From the NCBI GenBank assembly GCA_012295275.1, contig CM022674.1:16244001-16308000 (forward strand): a stretch of DNA of 64,000 bases, in the 5' to 3' direction. Source of the DNA: Chrysomallon squamiferum (lineage: Eukaryota; Animalia; Mollusca). The translations under genes were made by a program, and so were the position numbers. Shown piece by piece: positions 36,707-50,990 of this stretch; positions within the stretch are counted from its first letter, which is position 1; the number at the start of each line of letters is the position of its first letter. The notes under the pieces are model-generated. The model saw only the letters and a program-made list of their open reading frames with translations, had not been told where the DNA came from and did no database searches.

Positions 36707-37640
36707 GTGTTAATAGGTTTATTTGTCCACCATGGTGGTTCTTTTGGAAGTCCGCTTTAAGAGAGATTGTTTAAGAAGTATGAATTATGCAAGCGGGTGT
36801 ACATTCCAAAGGAAGAGTTCTTCTTGATTATGGTCCAGCGAAAGAAGATCTTTCACGAGTACTTACTACCTCATGTCCACGTTTGAAATTCTTCAGTGCG
36901 CAAACGCGCAGAAACTGACCAAGAAACGCCAAACAGCTGAAGACGCCAGGTCTGACCAGCTGCGGTCCCACTCCGAGGATGACCAGTTGACGCCAAACGT
37001 AGAGTTCCTGTGTCGACGTCAGCGCCACGCGAAAATTCGCCGAAGATGAACAGTTTCAGCAAGACGAGCGGATGATCAAACGCAGTCGCGTTGTGTTTTC
37101 TGCCGGAGAAGAAGGAGAGAGAGACAACGTGGCAGTGTCTGTTCCAGCTGTGGACAGGGGCCGCGGTGACCCCAGGAGCCTGCTGGGTGTGATTGTAGAT
37201 ACTGATGACAATGAACAGTCTACCAGGAACCAGTTTGATGTGTGTTCCCACAGACTGCTTTTGTTGTATGATGTGTCAAAATGTTTTTAGAGCAGCAGTG
37301 TCAAAGGAGTTACGCAGGAGGACAAGGGTTTGTGAAATGCAACTATAGAGGAAAAAAGAGCTGTCAAACAAAACGTGTATGTTTCGAGAACAAACGTCTG
37401 AACTGCTGTAATAAATAGAACACTACTAGATGAGTTTCGAAATAAATATCTTCATCCAGTTGTAAGTCATTATTTTTCATTCAGTCATTTTCAGTAATAA
37501 CTCGAGGTCTATTTCAGTAGTTTGGCCTATTTATTGGAAATCTTAGACATTAGGCCAAATGCCTGACGGTCTTGTGAGTTAGGCTAAACCTAAACATTTC
37601 AGGCATTAGACCAGATGACTTCTTTCACATATTGGCTGTA
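36705..37640 (+). mobile_element. Ginger/GIN-like (KRBA2/SCAND3-type DDE integrase) transposon remnant
   Basis: Pieces translate to RMIKRSRV...GERDNVAVSVPAVDRGRGDPRSLLGVI...TRNQFDVC..GGQGFVKCN..GKKSCQTK, typical of the C-terminus of KRBA2/SCAND3-like integrases. 37500-37640 has repeated ttaggcc/ggcctaa terminal motifs. Confidence 0.75.
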
Positions 37641-37643
37641 ATC

Positions 37644-37678
<35 letters not shown>

Positions 37679-39282
37679 TATACACACACACACACACACA
37701 CACACAAAAACACATACAGATACATATACATATCTACACACCTACGCTCATAACGCTATTTAAGAGACTGTGAGGGTTGATAAGTCATGTATTGTTATGT
37801 TGCATATATTGTTGTGAACTGTCGTGGATCAGGTTTTTCAAAAAAATGTTTTGTTGTCTCTTGTTTAGTAAAATTGCCTTTTACTTTTCTGTCTTTTGTG
37901 TCATTTAAAAACCGACGTGAAACACACACACAGACACACACACGTACAAATACAAATGCATATACAAAGACACGCAGATACATTCAAACATTATAACAAT
38001 ATTATATACACATTAATTATGCAGACACACTAGGTATAAACATATAAAAACAGACACAAACACAACATACTTAAGCTGAGGATTTCGCTACGGAATACAT
38101 TCTGTCTCTCTACAAATTCAATGTATCAAATACACTGATTTACACACTGAACCGTTGCAGATAAGTTCATCCAGAGCTACGGTTCTTGCTATTTATAGAC
38201 AGGGAAATAGCAACATTAATATAATAAATGTAATTGTTTCAGTAACATAACTTATTTAAATAAACGTGTTTGGTTTACTTCATTGTCGATTATTAAATAT
38301 TTGAAAGGAACAGAAGGCCAAAACATCCTTTGTGGCATCTATAAACAGACAGACAATTGTATTTGCGCAGTTAATGAAGACTGCAGGGTGTCAGTTTAAG
38401 AATGGGTTGTATGCACGCTTCACTTAGATATCTCGCTTCTGGAACTAATATGTTGTTGGGCTTCACTCAGTGTTTACACATTTTTAATAACATGTAGACG
38501 AACTTTCATTCGAAGGAAGGTTTCATTGTAATTTCTATGTTTTCTGGTGTTGTTTGTAGCTAGAAACCTTTCTGATATTCAATACCTTCCTGTCATATTG
38601 TCTGCGCATGAATAATACAGTGTCATTCTAGACACAAAAAAAAAAAAAAAGTAAAAAAAGACAATAAATAAATAAATAAATAAATAAAAAAGGAAAAATA
38701 TATAAAACAAAACAAAAAATAAAACTCGAAAAAGAACAAAAACCACAAAAAAAAAAAAAAAAGAACAAAAAAAAAAACAACAACAAACAAATGAATTTTA
38801 GCGGTTTTGTTTTTGACCGGAATTCCGCCGCTCTAATGTCGCACCAACAGCTGTGGACGTATTAAACTGGATTTTAATATTTATTGCGGAAAGCATCTTG
38901 AGTTAATACCAATCGATCTATATGTCCATTACTGAAAACACTATGAGCAGGCCACTTTAAACACGTGTCGCTGTCCTTGGTCACGTGATCTATGGAAACT
39001 ATAATGAGATCTGAAAATTAAGAGTATATCGTGCTGAAGGTTGGGTGATCGTTCCCTGTCGCTTTGCTTGGGGTTATTACTGTTTCAAATGTGTTTCGAT
39101 ATTTCTTAATGAGACAACTTGTATTTTCACACATAACTACATTAAAATTAAACTATACAATGAAAAAAAAAAAAAAAAAAAAAAAAAAAATGTATAGGCC
39201 TAATGACAAGCTGATCATATTAAACGCTATTTCTTCTTTTCCTTCTTCGTAATATTCGTTCCATCTTTTTTTTATGACAGAG

Positions 39283-39358
<76 letters not shown>

Positions 39359-39378
39359 CACCATAATCAACACCTCAA

Positions 39379-39414
<36 letters not shown>

Positions 39415-39769
39415 ACTAATAAATATAATACCAGTCTGTTAACTAAACTAAACTAAAAAAAAAAAAAAAAAGAAAAAGAAAAATACAAAATTATTATACT
39501 GCCAGCGCAATCCGTATGTCAAAGGGATTTAACAGCAACAGCTTTCATTATATACACTTTACTGGTTGCTTCCCTTTATCAACCATCCGCATGAAATTTG
39601 AAAAAAGAACCAAAGAAAAACATTTAGCTTAATTTTTGAGTGCTGCTGTCTCTGTGGCATTATTACATTTAAATTACATAACTACAGTTAATCAGTACAA
39701 AATATCTTTAACCCTATTTGAAATATTTACACTTGCTTCTAGCCAAGGATTAAGAGCACGTATTTAAAA

Positions 39770-40151
39770 TAACAATGATATTGGGCGTGGTTTATTGCAG
39801 ACTCGGCCGGTCATTTTTAAAAATACGTTAACCAATGAATTTCAAGAAGCGTAATTATTGACAAGACGACCTGACCTAATTCAGCTTATGACCTGATTTT
39901 AGTAAATCTTGAACAGTGACATTACACCAGCAGTTTCCGATCGGTGGTTGTTATCGGAACTCTCGTATGTGAGAAGAAATGCGATGAGTTCGCTAATCAT
40001 TAGTTTTGTCGTCTTTAAGCTGATTAATTCTCCTGAATCTGCCGTTTCTAATGACTATGTAGTTGTCCCGTTTAGGCTCATGTAAACTGGTTATAAGCAC
40101 AAGAGACATAATTGATTTGAAAAGTTTACAACGCAGTGATGGCTTGCCGAG
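39770..40151 (+). promoter_or_regulatory. Putative promoter / first exon upstream of the receptor-kinase gene
   Basis: Locally CpG-richer sequence, GC-box-like tgggcgtggt (39782), ccaat (39832), donor-like gag|gtaatg at 40151. Confidence 0.35.
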
Positions 40152-41056
40152 GTAATGCATGCAGATTTTTTTAATGTATACGAATTTTTATAAATGCTGC
40201 TTCTTATTTTTGTTATGCAAGCACATCTAAATTAACTTAACTACACTGTCGTTCTTTTTGTAAATAATTAAACAAGGAATTTTTCTTTAAAATAAATTGA
40301 ATAAATAAATACATGCATTGTAATAGTAAATATTAAGAAGAAAAAAAAATAGCTAAATAAATAAATCACAACAAAATTAAAATGAATTTTGACTGAAATT
40401 ATTAATTTGTATTCTGACATATTATTTAAAACTGAATATGCTTATTCTTCAAAAGTTTTGTAACTGGTCTTACAGTCAGAACCACTGACACAAACACTAA
40501 CTTTACCATGTACTGTTAAACCACAACCACAAGAACATTATTACTTTGACTACCAACACTGCTATCACTGGTAACATTCAACCATGGATTATCATCTGCA
40601 CCATCATCTATTATTATAATCATCATCATCAGCAGCAGCAGCATTATTATTGTCATCAAGATAATCATCATAATTATTATCTTCATCATCAACATTATCA
40701 TTCTCAGGAATATTGTGGTTTTAACATCAGATAATAAAATAGGATTTTACTATTTACAATATCATTTTCTGTTATTGTTTATTGTGGTTATTATGTTTCA
40801 TATTTCACACTTCACCAATTTTTTTCTTTACCATGACCTGTCAAGGTATTATTTTTTTGGTAACCACTCAAACATTTCAAATTTAAAAAAAAAAAAAAAA
40901 AAAAAAGAAAAGTATAGATATACACACATACATAAACAACATTAAAATGTGTTGAAGTTTATTTATAAAGTAACTGTGAGAAAATATCTTCAATGTATTT
41001 TGTGTAGATCTATTTCTTAATATTTTTTTATTTATTATGAAATGATCTACAAACTT

Positions 41057-41154
<98 letters not shown>

Positions 41155-41174
41155 GTTTATTTATTTATTTACAG

Positions 41175-41403
41175 GGAGGTCTTAGAACTGTACTTTTAAC
41201 CCGTGTTTATCGCTCAACATGTCTCAAGTCGACACTGACATTGTGCAAGGGTATGGATGTTATTTAGTTGTGGTGAGAATTTTTTGTTGTTTACTTATAT
41301 CTACATTAACATGGATCCCATTAACTGACATATGTCCATTTCACATAAATACACATTCATAAATATAATATTTAAACATGTACATTTAGACATAATAAAT
41401 CAA

Positions 41404-41481
<78 letters not shown>

Positions 41482-43715
41482 AACTCACTTTTTGTTTTCA
41501 TCTCTATTATTTCTCTCTTTCTCTATCATTTGCTACCCCATATATTACTCTCTCTCATTTTCTCTTTCTATTTCTCTCTGTCTCTCTCACTGTCTCTGTC
41601 TTATTCTCTATCACTCTCTTTCTATATCTCTCTCATTTTTTCTGTCTCACATTCTCCATCAGTATCTCTTTTCCACTGTTTATACCTGTCTTTCTTTCTC
41701 CCTTTCACTGTCTGTCTTTCACATACTCACATTTTTGCTCTCTGTTTCTATAATTATTAATTAATATTTAACTGTCAGCTACAAAATGTTTCATCTATTT
41801 TTCATTTTTTTTATCAGGTATATAAGTTCGACGTCAAAGAACAGAAACAATATTTTACTCTTGATTTGCAGAACTACGCCAAGTTCCGAGTCATCTGAGA
41901 TATGAGGAACAACCACACCAACTCAGCACTGGTCTTTACTGGAGACAAGTACTTACACACTTCATATTTATCAGTGGATCATTATTTGTATTTAGTAATT
42001 GGAAATATACAGCAACGTTTCTTCAATTTTATTTTAGGTTTTATGCATATAAGAATTTGTTTTTATTCATGTATGTACAGTTACATTTAGAAATTATAAT
42101 AAGATCAGTAATGATGATGATGATGATAACAAAAAATAAGAAATAATAACCATGCTATTACTGCTACTTTAGTAATAATAATAATAACAATAATAATAAA
42201 AACAATAATAATAAGAAGAAGAATAAGAATAAAAGAGAATGGTTTTATTGAATGTTTGTTAAAATTTTAATTTATATATCTAAATGTATTTGTTTTGAAG
42301 ATTACAGGTAGCAAAAAGCTGAAATTTTTAAATAAACAAATTTGTTCTTATTGCTGATAGGTACATGCAGATTGCATGTAGATAAATATTTGAATTTATT
42401 TTCATTAGATTTATAAGCATGTACAAATTTCATTATTATGTACAATGAAAAAAGTATTTGTTTTTACTGAATACAGGTACAGACACATTTTCTGTTCATA
42501 ATATTAAAAACAAAAATAAAATTATGAATTTTATAAACAATTCAGTATTTATAATCAGAATTAATTATTTTTGTTGCATACAGATCTGTACATATTTCAT
42601 TATAACAGATATTGAAATATGTTTTTGCTTGATATATGTAGATGTAAATCACATATTTCTAAACAAAATAATGTTTCAGTTGTATTTGAATTAAGAAACA
42701 TTTATTCACTATATTCATAAATTAATTATTATAATTTACTGTTACTGAATATACAGGTAAAAATGATCTTATATTTGTGAATATTTGAATTTATGGTCTT
42801 TCAGATTGCTATATATGCTAATTTAATATTTGTAAATAAAAATAATTTGCTTTTAATGTATATAAATACTTGCACATATCATTTTTAAATAATAAGAATT
42901 AATTTTTAATGTGTACATGTTTGATTTATAAATATATATAAAAAACAGTTTTATTGCATCCGATAGATACTGGTCTTATATTTATAAGCATCACAACATA
43001 CTTTTATTTTCAGGGTATATAATTTACAAAATTTAATATTTATAAACATTGGTGACACTCACACATACACACACACACAACCATCAAAAGTAACATTTAA
43101 ACAAAAATGACTGATAACATCTAATTTATTTATATATTTATTTAAATAATTTTTTTTCTTTTTTTTTTAGATCAGTGCAACAAAGGAAAACAATAATTAA
43201 GTTAATTTGTGATGCAAACGAAAAGAACCTGATGATGGTTTGTTTAAAATTATTGAAGATTCTGGTGTTGGAAATGTGGTATGTAATTTTAAATGTAAAA
43301 TTTGGGAAGTTCATATAAAGTATTTTAAAAATAGGTGCAGTGTTAATATTAAACATCAAAAATAATAATTGTAAATTTTGGAATTTGAAAACAGGACATT
43401 TTTGGCAGTCTTTGTAAGGTTAGTAATTTCAAAATATGGGATTTTAAAAATGTGCATTCATTAGGTAGTATAAACTAAAAGACATTTTATCATTTTCTCC
43501 ATTTTTTTTTGCTTCACATGCAAGCTTTGTTGAAAATATAATAATTTTCTGTCCATTTCTTCGTGCTTTGTTGCTGTATTCATTATATTTTTAATTTATT
43601 ATTTTACTGGATGCATTTTTCAAATATATTTGTTTATTTGTTTATAGACAGCAGAACTTCATCACCTGTTCTGTTGTCCAAATGGCTGTTTGACTGTCAA
43701 TAATTCAGGTAAATG

Positions 43716-43803
<88 letters not shown>

Positions 43804-44071
43804 AAGAAAAATAATAATAGTAATATTAATAATCATAATAAATATACTACCACTTCTATTACTACTACTACTACATTTCTACTGCTACTACTACTACTAC
43901 TAATAATGGTAATACTACTACAATTAATGTTGTTGCTGCAGCATTCATGCTTTTACAGCTGCAACAAGAGCAACAACAACTACTATCAGTATTAACAATA
44001 TTACTGCTATTCTTACTCCTATACTGTTTCTACTACTGATGTTGCTACAGTAGTAGTAGGTAGTAGTAGCA

Positions 44072-44107
<36 letters not shown>

Positions 44108-47102
44108 TCACCATGGACACCTGATATATGTTGCTTGGTTCAGGTTGTTTATTTTTATGCTCTGTTTGTAATTTAAGTTGCCCACCTTTGTAAATACTTG
44201 GGCCTTGGAGAAGCATTAGCCTTGAACTGATATCTAGCATTGTTTGATTCACAGAAATGTAAGAACCCACATATAAGTTGATGCTTGAATGTTATCAGTG
44301 ATTTATGCATTTTTATATTTTACTTTACATACTTAACCTATGTAACTGATCAGCAAATAACTAGACAATTTTCCATATCCTCAGTCTGTTAGGAATTTTT
44401 CTGCTTTCTTCAAAGTAAAAATAATGGAAGATATTGAGCTTTGTATTTTAAAATGTGTAAATTATGTGATGTGAAGAATAAAAAAAATGTAAGTAGAAAT
44501 ATGATTGTACAAAATTTGTTTTTGAAATTTATATCAATTGTTGCAGAGATATCTGTTGTTAGAAATGTAAAACATACAATATATTCTGAAATTTTAGGTT
44601 AGACGTTTTATAATATAAATTTAGAGTTTGTCAGATAACAAGCATGGCTGTGGCAAAATTTTTTTTTTTTTTTAAATATACTAATGAGACTGCCATGTAA
44701 TTAGTAATTAATTAATAATTTAAATAAATTTTAAAGACTGTTGGATGACAAGCATGAGTGTAACTGCAGAATACACTAATGAGAATGCCATCTAATTAAC
44801 AGTACTTGATAATTTAAATTTTTTGCAGAAAGGTCAGAAAACCGCAAGAGCAGTGATATGTTTATTATGTTTGGTGCTATTCTTAGCTTCTTGTTCATGG
44901 CGTTAATTATCGGATTCTTGTGTTACCTCAGTAGAACACACCTACCATTCTACTACAAACTTCCAGGTGAGATTTTCGGAGTTCTGCATTTAAAATATTC
45001 ATTTAGTGACATAAAGAACTGTTCTAAATAGAGTCTGTATTCTTCTGAGTTACATTTTGTAATTATTTTTGGCTTCCAATCTTTATTAATAATAACGTTT
45101 AACAAATGTACCTTAGGTGATACGAAGAACTACTCTGTATGTTATCCGTATAGTTCTGAGTTTTACATTTAATTTTGGTTTTGTAGCTTCCAATCTTAAT
45201 TAAAAATAAAGTAGTTTAAAAAATAGAATGCAATTTAAAAATACCTGATCACCAACATTTTTCTATAGTTGCGACATCATTATATATATATATGTATAAA
45301 GTGTTTAAGAAGTCACATATTTGCTGTTTCAGTTACTGGAAAAATGAGAGGGTTTTCACACCATTCCCCCAATGATGACATTTATGACAGACGCCTAACA
45401 GCCCCATCACTGATGTCTGTTAGGTACCGGGATTATGAACCAGGATCGAAAGTGTCCAAGAAAAGTCAGCTGCCTGTTTTAGAGAATGCTGTTATGTCTG
45501 TTGACACGATTAAAACGAGACAGAGGTGAGCTACTGCCATGGTGAATTTACAAATGCAGATATAGGATTCGTATTTTTATTTCTTTTTTTTTAAATTATT
45601 TTTTTACATACATATATATATTTTATTTATATTTATTAATTAGATATTTAAGGAAACATTTTTTGATTAAAGTTGTGGATTAGTAAAGATTTTCTCTCAA
45701 TCAAATTTTGATCATGCCTTTGCACCATTTTCAACTTGAAATCATGTGAGGTATTTTACATAGTACATTCCTTAAGAATGAAAAACATATCTTTATGATG
45801 TCACACATATCTTTATGATGTCATACATGTCATGATTCAGACTGTGAGGTGGCAGTTTTGGAGACACTGATGTAGCAGAATGGCATGACATGACTCTGGC
45901 ACTGAAATGATTAACAATTAATATCCATGACAAGCAGATGACTGATGACATCATAGAGCTGATGAAGAAAGAAGTTTGGTTTTTGGATATTGAATAGAGA
46001 GAGAGATATGAATAGAGACAGATATGAATAGAGAGAGAAAAAAAGGGAGAGATATGAATAGAGACAGATATGAAGAGAGAGAGAGAGAGAGAGAGAGACT
46101 CAAGCATACATTCACAAAAGTATCTTATTACTACATTATTACAGAATATTATGAATATAATAACTTCCATATGAAAGGAATTAATATTCACTTTCAAAAG
46201 ATTCTTTCCCTTGCTTCATACAATTAACTTAGATTTGTTTTCTCTTTTAGTCGCAAACATCATAAAAACATTGTTGGGGTGCTGGGACTGTGCATTGATG
46301 GCAGACATCCATGTATCATCACTGAATTTGTGAATGGCAGCTGCATAAAAGGTCTTCTTAGAATGAGAGACTTCAAGCGAATATGGCTGCATCGAGTCAA
46401 AATTGTACGTCTGCAGAACATTAAAAAATTATGTCTAGCACCAGGAATAATTAATATAAAGTCATTTTTCGAAAATCAAAATAATTGTTTATTCACTACC
46501 TAAGCTTAAGTCTATGAAATGAATGTTTAAATAGAGCTGATAACTCTTTGCTAATAATAAAGTATAAAAGAAGCTGCAATGAAGATTTTTTTTTCTACAA
46601 AGAGATATACAAAATAGGTTTTGCGATTTTACAGTGATTTATGTAATCTTCTAAAAACAAATTTATCACTGCCTTGATCAAATATTATTATTATTTTTTG
46701 TTATGCTTTATAACTAACAAATACTGTTTTAAAAATAAATCACAAAAAAACAATAACAAATTTTGATTCCAATAATCCTGATTTATCAGTGATTTATAAC
46801 AGATTTCTAAAACTGTTCTGACAGAAGACTGCAAAATATTACAGCTGTTAACAAATCAACGATATTTTAGAAACACTTAAACTTCAAAACTAAAGACAGC
46901 TTTTGTTGCCTGAACACGAAGGCTGTTGAATGTGGCCGTGTTAAATCAAATGTTTGCTGTTTTATTTTGTAGTGTTCTAATGTAGCCAATGGCATAGCCT
47001 TTCTTCATTCGACAAAACCTCCGATCATTCATCGAGATCTCCGCTGTGGAAACCTGTTTCTTCTCCACAACCATACTGCTAAGGTATCAAAACTAATTAT
47101 TG

Positions 47103-47169
<67 letters not shown>

Positions 47170-48990
47170 TTTAATCCTGGTTGTTTAAAGATACAGCTAT
47201 GGTATCGAAATTAATTTTTTAATTTTTTAATTCTCAACTATTTGAAGATAAAGAATCAGTAAACACTAACACATTTTAGTTGTTAGACAGAAGGATGTAT
47301 AGACTAGAGGTAAAGCTCTCATGGAATGCATTAATGACTGGTCCCTGTTAGTAGTAGCTCTTTTTTGGGGCATTTTCCCAATCCAACCAATTCTGTTTCC
47401 CAGGTCAGACAGTGCTCTGTTATTGTTGGATCATAGGCCATGTAGTTTTAGTGAAAGTGCATATAAAAGATCCCTCGTAATTTATTTCCAGGAAATAAAT
47501 AAAATAAAATAAAATAAAATATTAATAAAAATAAGAAAACAAATAAATTAAAAAATTAAAAATCAGTTTTCTGTTTAAAAGAGATTTGGAGAATTTTAAA
47601 AGAATTATTATTTTAAATTTCATTCTAACTTTTTACATTCCATTCAAAGATCTGTTAAAGCACGCTTGGTGTGGTCAACTATAATATTTTGTTTTTCTGC
47701 TGTCAAAGAGTTTTTTAATTCATGGTTATCATGAACACAATCTCTGACTGTTCTAACAGTGTCAGTAGAATTTTTTTTTTTTTTTTTTAAATACATTTTC
47801 TTATTATTTTCTTAAAAGGTTTCTTTCAAACAAGGTTCTTGTAGGCAATGCTTCAGATTTTTAAAGACAAATTTGGTGAATTATAAATAAATTAAAATTT
47901 TTATAAAATTTCAGGTTGCTGATTTTGGACTGACAAAAATGATACAGCCACTAAGACAGACTGCTGCTGTGAGTTTTACCCACAATTCCTTGAAACAAAA
48001 ATGGCAGACATTATTGTTATGAACAAGAGACAGTAACTGAACAATAAATAGAAATTATTGAATCTGTATCAGTCTGTTCCCATTTCTCTGAGAAAAACAT
48101 GGATGTAGAAGACCAACATTTTATTTCAAAAGGAAAATAAATTTTTAACTTGGTATTGGTGAATCTTTATATGAATATTTTAATGAAAAAATGAGAGATT
48201 TAATATAAAAATAAAAATCTTATTCATATATTGTTTATTTATATAAAGTACTGATAATGATAATAAATAAATAAATTAATAAATAAAGAAAAAATTAAAT
48301 AAAGAAAATCTGTTTTTATACTTTACCCATAATGCCTTTTAAGAACTATGGTAGACAATATTATGTGGGATTTTTTGGCAGAATTATCTCCCATTAGCAA
48401 AGCTGTAGACTGATATAAAACCATTTAAGATTTTCTGTTGTTAATGTGTTCTAGTAGTTTATTAATATAATTCAATAAGGGTACATATTTGAACATTAAT
48501 GTTTGTATGTATAAATATGAGAGTATAACTGCATATGTTAATGCATGTATAGTTTTTGTATACATGTGTATGTGTATATGTGAGTGTGTGTGTGTGTGTG
48601 TGTATATATATATGTCTGTTTCCATTTCTTTGTGGAAAACATGGATGTAGAAAATATGTGGCTGTGCATGTACGTATGTATATAATCTTAAAACATTCAT
48701 TTAAAAATAAAAATAAAAGAAACATAAAATTTAATCTCAACAGCTATTAAGTTTTAGAATAGTTACTAAATGGACTGTACAAAGACACAGGTATCTTTAC
48801 AGGTCGTCGTAACTACAGTGCATGTCCAGCCAACATTCGCTGGACAGCTCCAGAAATACTGCAGAACCCCACTGTACTCGAGGATGACGCAGTGATCACA
48901 ACGGCAGCCGATGTTTACTCGTTTGGACTTGTAATGTGGGAGCTGTTTGTCTGTGAAGACCCATTTGAAGACACTGTCACCGAGGAAGAG
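41175..48990 (+). pseudogene. Single-pass receptor kinase (putative MRH/M6PR-like ectodomain - TM - TKL-group kinase), disrupted; 3' end lost in gap
   Basis: Exons 41175-41250, 41818-41948 (TGA 41896), 43171-43278 (RKTIIKLICD; frameshift), 43648-43708 (TAELHHLFCCPNGC), 44829-44966 (TM: MFIMFGAILSFLFMALIIGFLCYL), 45333-45525, 45841-~45985 (L*GGSFGD...LALK*; TGA 45845, 45908), 46251-46404 (HKNIVGVLGLC..CIITEF), 46973-47083 (FLHSTKPPIIHRDLRCGN), 47915-47968 (VADFGLTK), ~48760-48990 (IRWTAPEIL, DVYSFGLVMWEL..EDPF). Confidence 0.85.
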
Positions 48991-49020
48991 GTAATTTGAT
49001 GTGATTTGTTTGTGTGTTTG

Positions 49021-49220
49021 NNNNNNNNNNNNNNNNNNNNNNNNNNNNNNNNNNNNNNNNNNNNNNNNNNNNNNNNNNNNNNNNNNNNNNNNNNNNNNNN
49101 NNNNNNNNNNNNNNNNNNNNNNNNNNNNNNNNNNNNNNNNNNNNNNNNNNNNNNNNNNNNNNNNNNNNNNNNNNNNNNNNNNNNNNNNNNNNNNNNNNNN
49201 NNNNNNNNNNNNNNNNNNNN
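49021..49220. other. Assembly gap (200 N)
   Basis: Run of N immediately after a kinase exon donor site. Confidence 1.
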
Positions 49221-49329
49221 GTCTGTTTATATGGTTGTTTTGTTTGTTTGTTCCTGAGTCATTTTGTTGCTTTTGTTGTTCGTACTGTTCTTTTATTGTA
49301 TTAATATATATTTGTAAGTGTATATCGTG

Positions 49330-49790
49330 TGGGATCTAGTCAGTTTAGAGGAAGCTGGTATGTACATCTTGTTAATTTTTTAGTAGTAGTAATTGTAGAA
49401 TAGTATAGTAGGTTTAGAGGTAGCTAGCATGTATATCTTGTTAATTTTTTAGTAATAGTAATTGTAGAATAGTATAGTAGGTTTAGAGATAGCTAGCATG
49501 TACATTTTATAATTTTTTTAGTAACAGTAAAGTAGGTTTAGAGGTAGCTAGTATGTATGTCGTGTTGAGTTTGTTCTAATGTCACTAAACAAAAGTCAAA
49601 TCAAATCACTTTTTCATACTGCTGGTTGTGAACATGATTCTATTCCATGGGATAAAAGTTATATTCCCCAGAAATGGTTTCGTATTAACTGGGATTTGAA
49701 CGCTATCTTGACCATAAATATTTTCCGATATCAGCAGCGTCTGATTCTCATTTATCCAAATTAGTCTGTGATCTGATGATAATAATTAGA
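49330..49790 (-). pseudogene. Inverted orphan copy of the last exon (49772-49606) and 3' minisatellite of the PAN-propeller gene
   Basis: Reverse complement matches 31240-31850 and translates HRLIWINENQTLLISENIYGQDSVQIPVNTKPFLGNITFIPWNRIMFTTSSMKK*. No upstream exons recognised nearby. Confidence 0.8.
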
Positions 49791-49849
49791 AAATAAATAA
49801 GTAAATAAATAAAAGGAAACAAAAATAAATAAACAAACAAATAAATAAA

Positions 49850-49925
<76 letters not shown>

Positions 49926-50935
49926 TCACACACAGAATAACACAAATAGAGAGAAACAGAGAGAGACACAGAGAAATAGAGAGTGAGAATGACAGCTGTG
50001 TGAGAACTACAGCGAGACAACGATTCTTTCTTTGAATTAGCAAACTCAGCTGAAATTAATCGTGGAGTAAGCTCTAATCTGATGGTTCCTAGACAACTTG
50101 CATTTGCCTTGTCTGATCTGTATCTGGTATCAGTGGAAATCAGATACTGAATTTCTTGTTTATGGTGCGTTTCTTGCCCGTAATGTACTTAAACTTTAAC
50201 CTACATTCACCCATGAAAGACCTCCTAAAAATCTTGAACAACGAGTACGCAAATTTCACAAAGCTGTCACGTAAAATTCACTAACCTAATTATTAATTTA
50301 TGAAGAGTTCGCGACGCCAAGATTGAATATTAAACGGGTAGAACTGGTGTTTTATATCATCGTGTGAATGACCGAACCACTTTTGAAACGAGTTAGTGGT
50401 ACAGTCCACCCGCTTCAGAAATGTCCACCTTAAACTGAAGAAGTTTGAAATTATATCTCTTTATTTATTATATGTTATATTATGTTATATTATATTATAT
50501 TGTATTATATTATATTATATTATATTATATTTTATTATATTGTATTGTATTGTCTTACATTATATTATATTATATTATATCACTTCATAACACTTTACAG
50601 TACTGCATAATATAATATAGAATAAAATAGCACAGTATAACACAGTATAGTATAGTAAAGTATAGTATAGTATAGCATAGCATAGCATATCATAGTATAG
50701 TACAGTATTTCAAATGTCTTTAAAACTGGAACCTCTGCACTCAACAATAATAACAGTAAAACAAGTTTTAGTAAAACCTGAAGTAACACAAACGTCTATT
50801 CAATTCAAGGAAAGAAACATTTGTTCACTTTATAAATATGTCTCATCTGATTATTGAATTTTTTCATTATGCTTTTCCAGTTCTTAACCTCTACCTCCAT
50901 CCCTCCTATGTTTCTAATTTATTGGATTTTTAAAC

Positions 50936-50990
<55 letters not shown>

